From assembly GCA_001600815.1 (NCBI GenBank), contig BCKZ01000002.1:1124294-1188293 (forward strand): 64,000 bases of DNA. The letters run 5' to 3'. The DNA comes from Alloascoidea hylecoeti (taxonomy: Eukaryota). Made by a program: the position numbers and the translations under genes. Below, piece by piece: positions 24,331 to 37,042 of this stretch (its first letter is position 1; every line of letters starts with the position of its first letter). A model generated the notes under the pieces. That model was not told the origin of the DNA, did no database searches, and was given only the letters and a program-made list of their open reading frames with translations.

Positions 24331-26152
24331 TTAGTTATAATTTATTGATATTTTGTACATTAGGTTCCAAATTTCTTCTAGAAAAACTTCTGAAAATCCC
24401 GGAATTTCTTCTTCATAGCTTTCAATGTCGTTTGCTAAAACTTCTATTTTTTGTCTTGTCGCTGCGCTATAACTTCTCTTAGAAATATTTCTCAGGCTTC
24501 TTTGTAAAACCGCAGCCATATCATATTCCTTAAACTTATGATTTTTTTGGTAACTAGAATTTCGTGTAGATAGCGTAATGAATGATTTCGACATTTTACA
24601 ATCTTTTACCATATTTGCATCTGGATCCGGAGAGGCGCTTGATATTAGTGTTTCCGGCGAACCTTCCGGTTGGCTGTTAATCGGAGAAAATTGTGACGAA
24701 ACAAATGATTCAGCTGATGTCAATGGTGTTTTATTCTCAATATAAGGAGAGATTCTTGATTTTGTTGGTGATTGCCTCATTAACATCATGGATATTTTTG
24801 ATTTTAAATCTAGCCGCGGTTTAAGCGATTTTGGAGTGCTAGTTGGCTTGTTAGCATTAATCACAGGAGCAGCTATGGAGGAAATGTGTTCTATATTGTG
24901 AGTACGAGTACGCTTTCTGCCTTCTTCTAACTTATTGCAATCATAATTTGGTGTAGTACATGGTGTGGCTGGTACTATGGTTGGGAAGTCCCAAGATACA
25001 CCTTCACCTTGATGGATATCCAGTAAATATTTTAGATGTCTTGGTTTTCTAACCTGATCTTTAAATCTCGAACATTCATCTCTCTCCTTTATTATAGGAA
25101 CAAGATCAATGTGCTTCTTTACTGATTTTATAAATTTTGTTCGTAAAAGCTGGGAAGCTGAAAATCTTTTAATGGGGTCTTTTGTCAAACAACAGCTCAC
25201 AAAATCTTTACACGCTTGACTAAATTCATCACCAGATAATGTAGGAGCTGGTCTAGCAGGGACTAAAACAACGGCTCTCATTGGATCTTCCCTTGAATGT
25301 GGCGGTTTTCCTGTTAACAATTCAATTGTAGTGATGCCCAAAGACCATAAATCGGCCTTTTCATCGTATCCATTTGTTCTAGTAACGATCTCTGGTGCCA
25401 TCCAAAAGGGGGTCCCAACAAAAGTTTGCATTTTTGGGACTGTTTCTGTGATTTCTCCACTAACTCCAAAATCCCCAAGTTTCACCTTCCCATCCGCTGT
25501 TAGTAAAATATTTGCTGCTTTAATATCACGATGGATTTTGTTTTCAGAATGAAGATATTGCAACCCCAAAAGTGCTTCTCTTATGATATAAGCAACATGA
25601 TTTTCTTGTAATTTTCCATGATATTTCAGCTTTTTAGAATTCTTAGTAAATCATTATATATACGGTTTTTTGAGTATAATTTTGAAGGTCTTACCAAATC
25701 AGCACAAGAACCACCACCACAATATTCCATGATGACCCATAATGATGAGTTTCTCACGTATGTTTTAATATATCTAACAGTTGGAATAGTTAATTTGGCT
25801 ATCCACTTTATTTATGATTCTCATTTCATAGAACGAAATATATTAAATAAATTTACCGCTGTTTTTATCATACCTTGTTATATATTGGGATTTTAACCGT
25901 CTCAGAAAATTGATTTCCTGGATCAAGACATCAACATCTTCATCTGTTTCTTCCAACGATATAGTTTTTATAGCAACTATCTTATCATTATTGAGATCCT
26001 GTCTATAGATCATACATATTCATATGAAAATTTGTTAATGTTTAGCAATTTTTTTCTTTTTGTGTTTCTTCTTACGCTTTGTAGACATCACCAAAATTGC
26101 CGCTTCCAATACACTTTTCGATTTTGTATAGTTTAGTTGGATCTTCAGTCAT
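24331..26152 (-). CDS. SPS1: Ste20/GCK-III-family kinase Sps1; exons 26152-26076, 26002-25874, 25773-25695, 25629-24331 (527 aa)
   Basis: Three introns rebuild IGSGNFGDVYKA...VAIK...EINFL...WVIMEYCGGGSCADLLK, continuing into HRDIKAANIL, DFG and GTPFWMAPE. Lies between SPS2 and AGE1. Confidence 0.85.
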
Positions 26153-26725
26153 TGTTTATTTAGGGTTCACCAGTTATTTTTTTTTTGTTTATTGTATTAG
26201 CAAATTGATTCAATTGTGATCCTCAATTTTGGTTTAGTATACTAGGAAGCGATACTTGTAAGTAAGGTTAAAAGAAAAGAAATAATTTAAAAAGGATGCA
26301 TAATAGTTCGACAATTATATATTTAAATTGATGTCATATTTCAAGCTACAAAAAGTTTATACGATCTGTCAGTAATATTCATTATATGTGACACATTATT
26401 CCTCGCATTATAGTCCGTTTTCTCCTTTATCTTTATTTTCTCTTTTTTTAATCCAAACAATAAAGTGATTATGATATTTCCAAAAAGCATATACCCGTTA
26501 AATAGATAAACATTACATAAAAAGACATAAAGACAAAACAATAGCAATAACGAAAAGCGGTTAATCTCAATAATATGATTAATTAAATGAATAAACCAAA
26601 ACAAACAGAAGTAGAAAAGAAAATTAGTATAAATTAGTAATGTAAACAATAATATAATTAACACAAAAACATAAACTATAATTTTATATAGTTATAAGAC
26701 AGTTAGGATGTATAATATGAAATGA

Positions 26726-29700
26726 TTATGAAGGAAGCGTCTTCAATTTTGCATCTTTGGGTATTAAAGAGCTATATCTCTGATGGGAATTAGCAGAACC
26801 ATCTACAACTTTAGGATCCAAAGATGACCGTCTACTATGATGAATGGCGGTATTTGCTCCTGGTGTTGATAATGGTGGTGGTAAAGGAGGTGATATTTGT
26901 GGTTCTGGAGGGGCCAATGTTGGCTTGTTTTGAGATATTGATAATAATCTGGTAGGGGTTTCAATTGACCCTATACTCTTCCTTTCAGTCGAAGATGATT
27001 GACTTGGTACAGTTAAATTAGGTCTAGTACTAGGACTATGAGTTGTTAATGTTGTTGTTCCACTTGTGCTCGGTAATCTAGCTCTTTTAATTTCTCTTGA
27101 AAAATTTTCATTTCCTGTATTCCCATTTAATCTATTAATTTTCAATGTCCAAAAAGCTTTTGCAGCTTCTGGTAAATTATTAACTTCAGGAATTTTATCA
27201 GGAACATTTGCACCATTTAATATTAAAAATTCAACAATTGGAAAAATATATAAATTTTTTTTATTCTCTAATAATTCACATCTTTTGGATTCTTCAATTA
27301 ATGCATATTCAATCAATGATAAAATATTTCTTTTTGAATTTATAACTTGTTGGGTAACCTTTGCACCACATGCAAGAGATGCTAAAATATTATAAACATC
27401 AAAAGCTTTAATTGATTTAATAAGTGTAATATCAGCATCATTAACCGATTTAGCAAACATTTTAAATTCATATTTTTTAGAAATATAAGTGAAACGTTCT
27501 TCTGGTGTACAATTTGGTTCTAATTTTGGTGTTCCTAATTTTGCTTCAAATACATCATTTAATTTTTTATTTGAAACATGATTAAGCAACTCAACAACAT
27601 CAACAGTAAATGATTTGACATCTAAAAGCAATGATCTGATTTTAGTGATATGTGTTCCTAAGGATCTATGAGCACCACTGCATTCGATACAAATAACTGC
27701 TAGTAGATTTAAGGAAATCCATTCCACTTTTTTGGTTGACCCGCAATCAGCACAACGGGAATTACTGGGATCTGCATTTCTCACTGACTGTAAAAAAGGT
27801 GATGTACTGTTGGAAGATGTAATAAGTGAAGTTGTTGGGGAAATAATAGGAGATTGAATAGTTGGAGAAATAGGTGTTGGAATATAAGCACTATGAGAAT
27901 GGTTATGAGAAGCATGCCCTAAAGAGTAAGAATGCCCAGGACCATTGGTTTGAATTTTCATTTGTCTTTTTTTACCAGAAGTTCCATAATCTGATTTCAA
28001 TGAATTTGATTTAGTTTTTGAACTTGAAACAACTCTTTTAATACCTGTGGCTCTTGCAAACGATGCAGCATGACTTTCAGTTTTGTTGAATATTGCTTGA
28101 ATACTATGACTACCATTATCACTATGAGAATTTTTATTGACAGTTAAAGGCGAATCTTTTATTTTTGAATCTTCTAAACTTGTAGAGATAGCATTTGTAA
28201 TTGAGTTTATCCAACCATTCATATCAGCTTCTGAAACAGCTTGAAAAACTCTTTTAAAACTTGGTGTAACAACTTCAAAACAAAATCTTCTATCTGAATT
28301 TCTTGCTTCACGAACTAACGCCATTTTTAATTCAATTGGTTCATTATGTAAATCAACTGTACCTTGTTTCCAATTACTATATTCACATAATTTCCCATCT
28401 GCAACAACAACCCAATATTTATGCCAATTGATTTTATTCAAACTTAATGGATCATTTATACCACCTGGTTTTGACAAGGCCCATAATAGACCTTCTTTTA
28501 GTGTTGACTGTCCAATTGTTTTTTCGTCGTCCTGTGATGTATTATCGTTATTTACATTAGAAGTAATATTAGTGTTATTGCTATTATTATTGTTGCTATT
28601 ATTATTACTGGTATTGTTATTGCTAATATTAATATTGCTATTGGTATTAGTAATGTTATTATTATTAGTATCACTATTGGTATTACAATCATCTTCATTT
28701 GATTTTAAGAATTCTGTTCCAATTATTGTTATTCTTCTACTGTCTTTCTTATCCTTCGAAGTTGTTAGTGATGATGTGTTTTCAATGTTGCTTTCTCTTC
28801 TTCCATTATGGTCTGCTGTATCATCCTTACCCGAGTTATTATTATTCGTAATAGTTATAGTAGTAGTAGTAGTAGTAGTATTAGCATTTGTATTGGTATT
28901 ATTATTTGAATTAGTGTAAGTGCTAACAGCGCTACTATTATTATTGTTGTCCGATCCAATAACAGCAATAATTTCACCCATTGTAGTAGATCTTTCTAAA
29001 GCACGTCTTTTAATTTCTCTATCACTTCTAATTTTAATCCAATTTTTATTATGATCAGAAATATCATTAAAAATTGAAATTAATCTAGTTGAATTTAATT
29101 TTAATTGATCATTTAATGTTGAAAATCTTTTTAAACGAGTTTCAGCATATTTTGAACAATTAAATATAACATTATCAATTTTTCTACCATCTGTTATATC
29201 ATACATGAATAATAAATAATCCATTCTTCTTAATTCGAAATTTCTTCTCTTTTCGACATTTTTTGTATCATTTGATTTTTTTCTGATTTGTCCTCCCATA
29301 TTATTAGCATTATTTATGCTTCCTCCAATTCCATTAGTATTTGGATTAGCATTTGATGAGATATTTGAAGTAGTAGCGTTACTAGTAGTAGTAGTATTGT
29401 TATTGGAACTATTATTAATATTATAAACTGTGTTACTATTATTGTTATTATTGCCAGAGTGATGATGTAAATCATTGTCTTGATAACCCGAAGTTTCATT
29501 TTTAGTTGACAGATATCTACTAACCCAATTATAATATTCTCTTGATTCATCTTCAAAATCTCTTTTATGTTGATCAAAAGATTTTATATCGGAATAATAT
29601 AATCTTTTAAATGGCTCAACAATAAATTCAGACAAAGATCTTGTATCCATTTCAGTTAATTTCATTAATTCTGCTTCATAAGAGTTAAAAAATTCTTTGA

Positions 29701-30880
29701 TTAATTCGTGTAATAAAGGTATTCCATCAGGATTTGATAATTCATTCAACGAATTAACTAAATCACGTTGTAATTTTGATGTTTCTAATTCGTGTTCATA
29801 TAAGGTAGTTGATTTTTTTAATACTTTTTTAACTAATGGTTTAATTGTATTTAATTTTTTCTCTAATGAAGAAATTGTTGCTCTAAAAACAGGGCCATCT
29901 TCAAGATTATCAAGGGATGAAGAAACCATTTTTTTTGTTGATGATAAAGGAGTTTTAATTGAGGACGATGGATCTTTAGGTGTTGTTTGATGTGATAATG
30001 GTACCGGTAAAGTTTTATTTAATGAAATTGGAGTTGGGAATTGAGCCCTTGAATCGTTTATCCAGAATGAAAACCTAACAAGGGTTTGTAATCTATGCTC
30101 TCGTTTATCATATTCAGCGAACTTGAATTAGGACAGTTAGTTTATATTCGGATGTAAATATATATATGTATATATATAAAAAGAAGAACTTACGCAACAA
30201 GTATTTCTCCATCCACATTTAATTTTCCTATTTAAATTTTCTTCCAATTTCCAAGTCCAACACCATTCAAATTCAACAGAACCGTCTTTGAAGACAATAT
30301 TTGAAATTTTACCATTACTATTATTATTATGATTTGAAGAAGAGGAGTTTGTAGTTGAATTTGAATTTGAAATCTTTAATTCTTGTCGTTCAGGAGTTCG
30401 AATGTATTTAACGTCACCTAATAGTTCAACACTTGTTTCATTTTGTATGTTTGGATTATGAAGTAGTTCGTTTGATATGAAATCTTCCAGATCTTGCGAA
30501 GTATCTTTATTAACAAAAGTTAAGCCTTCAATTAGATGTGGATTTGAGCTATCTAGCTGTATGGCAATTTTGAATTTAAACTGTAAAACATTGCGCGACA
30601 GTGGGATTTTTAGTAGAATTTCGTTCCCATCATTATTATCATTATTATTCATGGTGTTTTTATCATCATTTTGAGACTTTTGTTTTTGTTGTTGCGAATT
30701 TTTATTATTATTGGTAAGAGGAGGCTGAATATATTCGACCAAACCGTCGTGAGGATCAATGCCCTGGCTGTTTATGGTGTAAATAACATTGTTATCCTGC
30801 GACACCTCCACCTGGGCTATTTGAAATAGGGAATTTCTGTGAAACCAAGTTTTACTGAGAGAGCTGTGATTATTTCCCAT
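26726..30880 (-). CDS. AGE1: BAR-PH-ArfGAP protein (Age1/Csx2, centaurin-beta-like); exons 30880-30194 and 30121-26726 (1360 aa)
   Basis: MGNxxS myristoylation-type start; EDGPVFRATI BAR start; PH domain (WHKYWVV...RRFCFEVVTP); CADC-x16-CIEC zinc finger. Intron 30193-30122 (GTAAGT...AACTAAC...AAG) gives WRNTCCFAEYDKREHRL. Confidence 0.88.
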
Positions 30881-31091
30881 ATTTCCGGCGAAAGCAGTGA
30901 GGCAAATAAATAAACAAAACACGGGAAGACTCAGTACTGAAACCGGGGGACGGTCGGACGCGTACCACAGTTACCCCATGATCACATTTGCTCATTCACA
31001 CACACACACGTCCGAACATCAAACAACACACATAAACATCCGTACGTCCAGTTGCTATAAATCTATTCATTAACATTGATTTTGCATCAAA

Positions 31092-32900
31092 ATGGATTTT
31101 TTCATCTCAGATATTGTGGAACATGATCCAGCTCCACCTTCATCACTAGTGGAGTCCTCTATTGGAACCAAAAAACCTTCTTCATCAAGGTTTAAACAAA
31201 AACTGAGAGAAAATAATAACGGTATGACTGATAATGGGTTTCCTGCACATGTTAAAAGAACACCATCAAATTGGCAAACCAGATTGAGAAAAAGAGGATT
31301 GGTCCCTCAAAACATTTCAGAAGAGAAGAAATCTACTACAGCCACAACAAATAAAAGTAATACAAAAACACCCGAACAATCTAAAAGAATTGATAATGTT
31401 TTAAATAATTTCAGTAAAAAAGATCCAACGAATTTGTCTGAAGCTGAAAAAATTCATTTAGAAAATTTAACTTTATTAGCATCAATGACAGCATCTGAAA
31501 TTGAAGATGAAAGACAAGAATTATTAAATAAATTAGATCCAAAAGTTTTAAAAAGTCTTTTATTACGTGGGGAAAGAAGAGAACGAGAATTGAAAACCAA
31601 AACTAAAAATAAAAATAAAACATCTAATAATAATAATCACAATGATGAAGATAATTATCACGAGGATTCTGATCCTGGTTTTGGAGACTGGATAGGAGGT
31701 TATAGAAATGGTGTAAATCGAAATATTAATAATAATAATGTAATGGCTAAAGAATTAGAAATGGAAAAAATGGTGGGTATGGGATTGGGAAAGTACGATG
31801 TCGATAAAGCTTTGAATATTAAATCGGAAAAATCAACCATTCACCAAAATCAAATAGAATCACAGCCACAAATTCAACGAAATGATAAGGATATTGACGG
31901 AAACAATAAGAAAAATAAAAAGAAAGTCTCTTTCAAATATGATAATTCTTTTACCCCTGAGTCAAAACCTATTAAAAATGATGATAATAATGATGATAAT
32001 GGTTATGATGATTTAGCACCATCTTACAATATCGCATTAGAATTAGATTCTAAGCCAACAAGAGACTATATTTCAACTGTTCATTTCACAAAACCTCTTT
32101 CTACTGATGATGATGATGATTGGAAACTTGATTTAGATGATCCTATGTTTATGGAAAAATTACACGATAAATATTATCCGGATTTACCTGTTGATCCTGA
32201 TCAACTAAAATGGATGAAATCTAGTAATAATAAAAATAAATCATTTTCGAATTCTTCAGAAGAAAATCAAAACGAATCAGAAAAAGAAAAAGAAAAAGAT
32301 GAATCCATATATGGACAAAGTGGTGTGAAATCTAAAAATCACACTCCCAATAATCAAAAAATAAATGAAGATGACTATCAGGTGGAAAAAGAAAAGGGCG
32401 ATGATGATTATAATGATAATGATAATATCTATAATACCATTGCCGATATAAGGTTTGATTTTAATGGTGATATGATATCTTTGAAGGCTGGTAAGGCTAT
32501 CCCATCGTACCTGGGATTACATCATCACGGGAGTAACCCAGATATAGCTGGATATACCATCTCGGAGCTGGCACATCTGGCAAGAAGTAGCTTTGCCGGA
32601 CAAAGATGTATTGCTATACGAACACTAGGACGAATATTATATAAATTGGGGAAGAAGGTTTACACAAAAGTCGAAGGTTCACCAGAAGAAGGAGTGCCAT
32701 CAGGGGACGTTGAGGCAAATAAACTTGAGGTAGAATTTGAAATGACGATATGGGCTATATTTGATGAATTGCGGATTATTGAGACAATACAGGATGCAGC
32801 AGATGAAAAGGTAACGACGAATCTCAGTGTGAGGAATTATGCTATTGACGCTATTTGGTTATGGAAGAAAGGTGGTGGGAACAGACGAAGAGCCAATTAG
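31092..32900 (+). CDS. RBA50: RNA polymerase II assembly factor Rba50 (RPAP1-like)
   Basis: IHLENLTLLASMT...ERQELL (RPAP1 N domain), LHDKYYPDLP...LKWM, RFDFNG, LGLHHH and GYTISELAHLARS...QRCIAIRTLGRIL. Confidence 0.92.
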   Translation: MDFFISDIVEHDPAPPSSLVESSIGTKKPSSSRFKQKLRENNNGMTDNGFPAHVKRTPSNWQTRLRKRGLVPQNISEEKKSTTATTNKSNTKTPEQSKRIDNVLNNFSKKDPTNLSEAEKIHLENLTLLASMTASEIEDERQELLNKLDPKVLKSLLLRGERRERELKTKTKNKNKTSNNNNHNDEDNYHEDSDPGFGDWIGGYRNGVNRNINNNNVMAKELEMEKMVGMGLGKYDVDKALNIKSEKSTIHQNQIESQPQIQRNDKDIDGNNKKNKKKVSFKYDNSFTPESKPIKNDDNNDDNGYDDLAPSYNIALELDSKPTRDYISTVHFTKPLSTDDDDDWKLDLDDPMFMEKLHDKYYPDLPVDPDQLKWMKSSNNKNKSFSNSSEENQNESEKEKEKDESIYGQSGVKSKNHTPNNQKINEDDYQVEKEKGDDDYNDNDNIYNTIADIRFDFNGDMISLKAGKAIPSYLGLHHHGSNPDIAGYTISELAHLARSSFAGQRCIAIRTLGRILYKLGKKVYTKVEGSPEEGVPSGDVEANKLEVEFEMTIWAIFDELRIIETIQDAADEKVTTNLSVRNYAIDAIWLWKKGGGNRRRAN

Positions 32901-33510
32901 CTAAAACAGTTAGAAAAAGTAGTCATGCGGGATCCGCTAATTATAAAATAACATGTTCGAAGAATCAATATCCGTTATAATCTTTGTTATTGCAATATGT
33001 ATATTAGAATAGATTAGAACAGAACGTGTAATACAAGATCCAAAACAGCAAAACGCTAGATTGAAAGTTATGAAGAGTCAGTCAAGTTAATATTTGCATT
33101 GAGACACATCGAAAAGACGGTTCGGCTCGCTAGAGTGGTCCTTCGACTTAAGAAAAAATGCAGTTATATAATCAGAAATGAAATATTGTAAAAAACAAAA
33201 TTCTCTAAAAGCTAAACAACTCAAGTAGTTTGAAGGTTTAAAGAGCAATATATTATATATTTAGGTATATTTATACATTTATGAGGAAGAATATAATAGA
33301 GGAGACAGAGATAGAAAGTGGAAAATTTGCATAAAAAGATCGGGATCCGGGTAATTGTTTCTGAAGAATCCAACTGGTGATCCATTTAATATTCAAAAGT
33401 ACAGGGACTTATTATTCCTCTTCTAGTACATATATTTGGATATTTATACATATAACATATAAATAACCAAGCTGATCTCTTCAAATACACGCAGATACAT
33501 TTATTTATCA

Positions 33511-35409
33511 ATGGACCCACTTTTACCCCAGAATACTCCACAAGAAAAACAAAGTTGGTTTCAGCGTTACTCTGCTGATGGTACATCTATTCCAAGCCTT
33601 GACCCAAACCAACTAACTTTCCACCTAAATTTGGACGATTTGGACGACATGTTCCCCGAGATTCGTAATTATGAAAAGCCCTCCGAACGCTCTAGTGCCC
33701 TTCCTGTGTCACCTCTTTTGCCTATCCAAACCCCACAATCCTTAATCATTGATCTTGGTACTAATACCAGAAGTACACTAGGAGAGGATATCGATACAAA
33801 CTCACAGATCTCTTGCAATTGGTCTTCCTCCATCAATTCTATGACCATTCCTCATGATCAGTTGTCATCTACATATATTTCACACTCAAACTCTTCAGCC
33901 TCTGCCTATGACTACGAATCTCCGCATAGTCCATTTTCTCCCACCATTCAATATGGTTCTAATGCTCCCTTAACTGACTCTAAGAATGCTCAACTCAATA
34001 GTGATTTAAAATCCAATTCCCCTCTTTTCAATTGGTCCTGTTTTCTTCCTTCACCCCAATCTCTGAATGAAAGTCAAAATCTCGGGGTTCATAATTTTCC
34101 ATCTGTCCGAAATCCAAACATCAATAATAATGCACAGCAACAGAATCAAAGTCTTAACTTAAAAAATCAAAATCAAAATCAAAATCAAAATCAAAATTTA
34201 CCACATATGCAATTTGACTCAATTGAAATCCCGAGTAGAAATAATGATAATATTATAATTAAAACTGAAACTGAAAATGAAAATGAAAATGAATTGATTG
34301 ATGAAAATATTCAAGTTGATCCAATGACTTTAATTCAAGAACAATTAACAGCCCTTGCAAAAGAAGAAGCTTGTTCTAGTTCTTCTGTACCTAAACGAAA
34401 AAGGAAATCCTCCAAACAAGACTCTTCTTCAAAATTTAACTCTGGTGATAATCAACCAAATATTAATAATAATCGCATTAATTCTATTAATATTAAGAAT
34501 AAGTGGTCTGTTGAAGAGACTAATAACTTGATTATTGGATGCAAAATTGTAAGTAATTAACTCCTAAATTTTTTTTTAACCCTCATATATAAAAATTTGC
34601 ATGATGTTCATTCAATTGATTATGAAAAAAACGTGTAAAGATTCATATGCAATATTATTTGTTTTTTGAATTTACTAACTTTATTACCTTTTAATTACTT
34701 TTAGTGGGGAGTTGGTAATTGGAAAAAAATATTAAATGATTCAACATTATCATTTAATAATAGAACCGCTACCGATTTAAAAGATCGATTTAGATATTCA
34801 TTTCCTAATGAATATCATAAATTATATCCAAATGCAAGAACTCATAAAAGAAAAAGAGCATCATCTTGTTGTGTAATTGATACTAATGGTACTGGTTCCG
34901 ATGTGACTATTGATAGTAGTGATTCCAGATCATCCTCAATTTCAGCAGGTTCATATTCGAACTCATTTTTTTACTCACCTGTTTCAAGTTGCTCTCCTTT
35001 AACAGACACTCCATCTCCAGATCCATTGTTTATGATCACACCATCACAACAACAGCAACAACATCATCATCATCAACAACAGCGTCAAGCCATTTGTCAA
35101 ACTATTCATTTAGGTATCATACCACCAACTCAATTGTCAAGAGTTGTTCGCAGAACAAGACATGCTTTCACCCCTGAAGAAGATAAGCATATACTTCTTG
35201 GATTTAAAAAGTATGGAACATCGTGGAATAGTATTCAATCAGATGCTTCTTTAAAATTAGGTCATAGAAATAGAACTGATATAAGAGATCGATTTAGAAA
35301 TAAATATACCGAATTGTATGATTTATTAATTAGAAATCGAAAGAAGAAAGGAAGATCAACATCTATTATAAAACCTCAAGTTCAAAATTCAAAGATTTCA
35401 AAACAATAA
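33511..35409 (+). CDS. Double Myb/telobox DNA-binding protein, Tay1/Teb1(Mug152)-like; exons 33511-34548 and 34705-35409 (580 aa)
   Basis: Intron 34549-34704 (GTAAGT...TACTAAC...TAG) completes Myb1 KWSVEETNNLIIGCKIWGVGNWKKIL...RTATDLKDRFR. Myb2 is RHAFTPEEDKHILLGFKKYGTSW...RNRTDIRDRFRNKY. Confidence 0.8.
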
Positions 35410-36535
35410 TAAAAAGATGTTCAAGATTGAAGGTTACTCATTTTATTTGATTAATTGACTTCTTATATATACTTGTTGGACCTAACCTATAAGGTTCTCA
35501 AATAATTTGGTCGATAATTTGGTATGAATGGAACCACATAACACTCATCTGCAGATTATTTATTTATTGAAAGACTTGAAATATACCAATTGTAAGTTTT
35601 TTACTTACAATTGTGTATCTATTTATTATACAAATATTATATTTATGTTTTGTCTTATCCATATCATGAAAATTATTTATTTATTATTATTTATTATTAT
35701 TTATAATCATTTATATATATATTTATTTATTATCCATTTATTATATTTATTTATTATTTATTTATCATTTATATATTTATTATCCATTTATCATTATGTT
35801 ATGATTATGATTTTCTTTTACTATTATTTTTTATTTAAATTTAAATTATCAAATGAAAATAAGATTTTCTAGATTTATCATCTCAAGTTTGAAATTGTAA
35901 TTGTGAAGTCATGGAATTCTTTTCTGGATCCGAAATGAGGTTTGAATTTATAGACACCATATATTAATATCGGTTATAGTAGTTACTAATGTTACAAACA
36001 AAAATCAATCACGTGAGATATGTTTATGTAATTTCGCTCCGAGCAACATCACGTGTCAGACTGAAATCAAAAAAGAAACGATGTAGTCGCAATGCAATTA
36101 CGCCAAGGAATAAATACGCGGCTTGAAAACGTGCGCGGTATGCGTGTGCTAAATATAGATAAAAGAATTTTTCTACGATCTCGACTATAATTAGCAGCAT
36201 AGATAAGAAAAATATATCTCGACCGAGCAATTACAGTTTACAATTATGAAAATTTTTTAGAATAGCAAAAGGAAAAGGTTGGTGAGAGTTTTTTAGCAAA
36301 CACGTCCCCTATGATAATTAATTAAATTAAGGTAACCCAAGTTTCTTTCTAGCATACCAATTTTTATGAAAACAAATCAAAATGAAAATGATAGAAAAAA
36401 CAAATTAATAAATTAAACCAAGGAAATTATAGCAAATCAATGTAGAAAAATATAGAATATAATATAACAAGAAATAACATAACCGTCAATAAACTTTGCA
36501 GTCATATTCCAGTGTATATGAATAAATTTCTAGTC

Positions 36536-36783
36536 TTATAAGAGAAGGGCAACGACACCAGCGACGGCGGCTCCGGCAACACCAGCACTGACCAAGTTGT
36601 TGGAAGCACCTGAAGAGGATCCACCAGTTGTGCCATTTGTGCTATTTGAACTAGAAAAAATATCTTCATTAGTACCGCAAAACCAAAACCAAATCAAAAG
36701 AGGTTAAGTTAAAGGACATACGAGTTGGCAGCAGAGACGGCGGTAGCAGCGGCTAAAGCGATAATAACGTTCTTGAATTGCAT
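36536..36783 (-). CDS. 58-aa secreted/GPI microprotein, YDR524C-B/YCL048W-A-like; exons 36783-36722 and 36650-36536
   Basis: Spliced product MQFKNVIIALAAATAVSAANSSNSTNGTTGGSSSGASNNLVSAGVAGAAVAGVVALLL. Intron 36721-36651 is GTATGT...TACTAAT...TAG. TATAAATA on the minus strand near 36874-36881. Confidence 0.85.
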
Positions 36784-37042
36784 TTTTGAATATTAAGAGA
36801 AGGAGTTATAAACGACTGTGAACAACAAATGTGTATAATAGAAGAGAAGAAGAGAAATCGGGATGAGTTGCAGTATTTATATCCCAAACAAGGGACACGC
36901 CTTCCCGATCCGGAAACGACCGTAGTGCATGGCGGTGCGCGGCCTTGCATGCGAGCGAGGTCCAGAATCTTCCATTGCTCCCTCAGCTACTACGTTACAA
37001 CCACACTACTGCACTACTCCACCACTCTACTACCTACTCCCG

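Noticed and set aside
26055..26068. MSE-like CACAAAA in SPS1 intron 1, and URS1-like TCGGCGCT near 24087
   Set aside because: Imperfect matches to Ndt80/Ume6 consensus that could easily arise by chance.
28428..28919. Poly-Leu/Val ORF on the + strand, and similar ORFs at 38811 and 63253-63592
   Set aside because: Shadow frames of AAT/ACT microsatellites inside real genes.
35528..35872. 114-aa hydrophobic ORF
   Set aside because: Low-complexity TTA/ATT 3' flank of the Myb gene; likewise 1910-2146 and 26341-26664.
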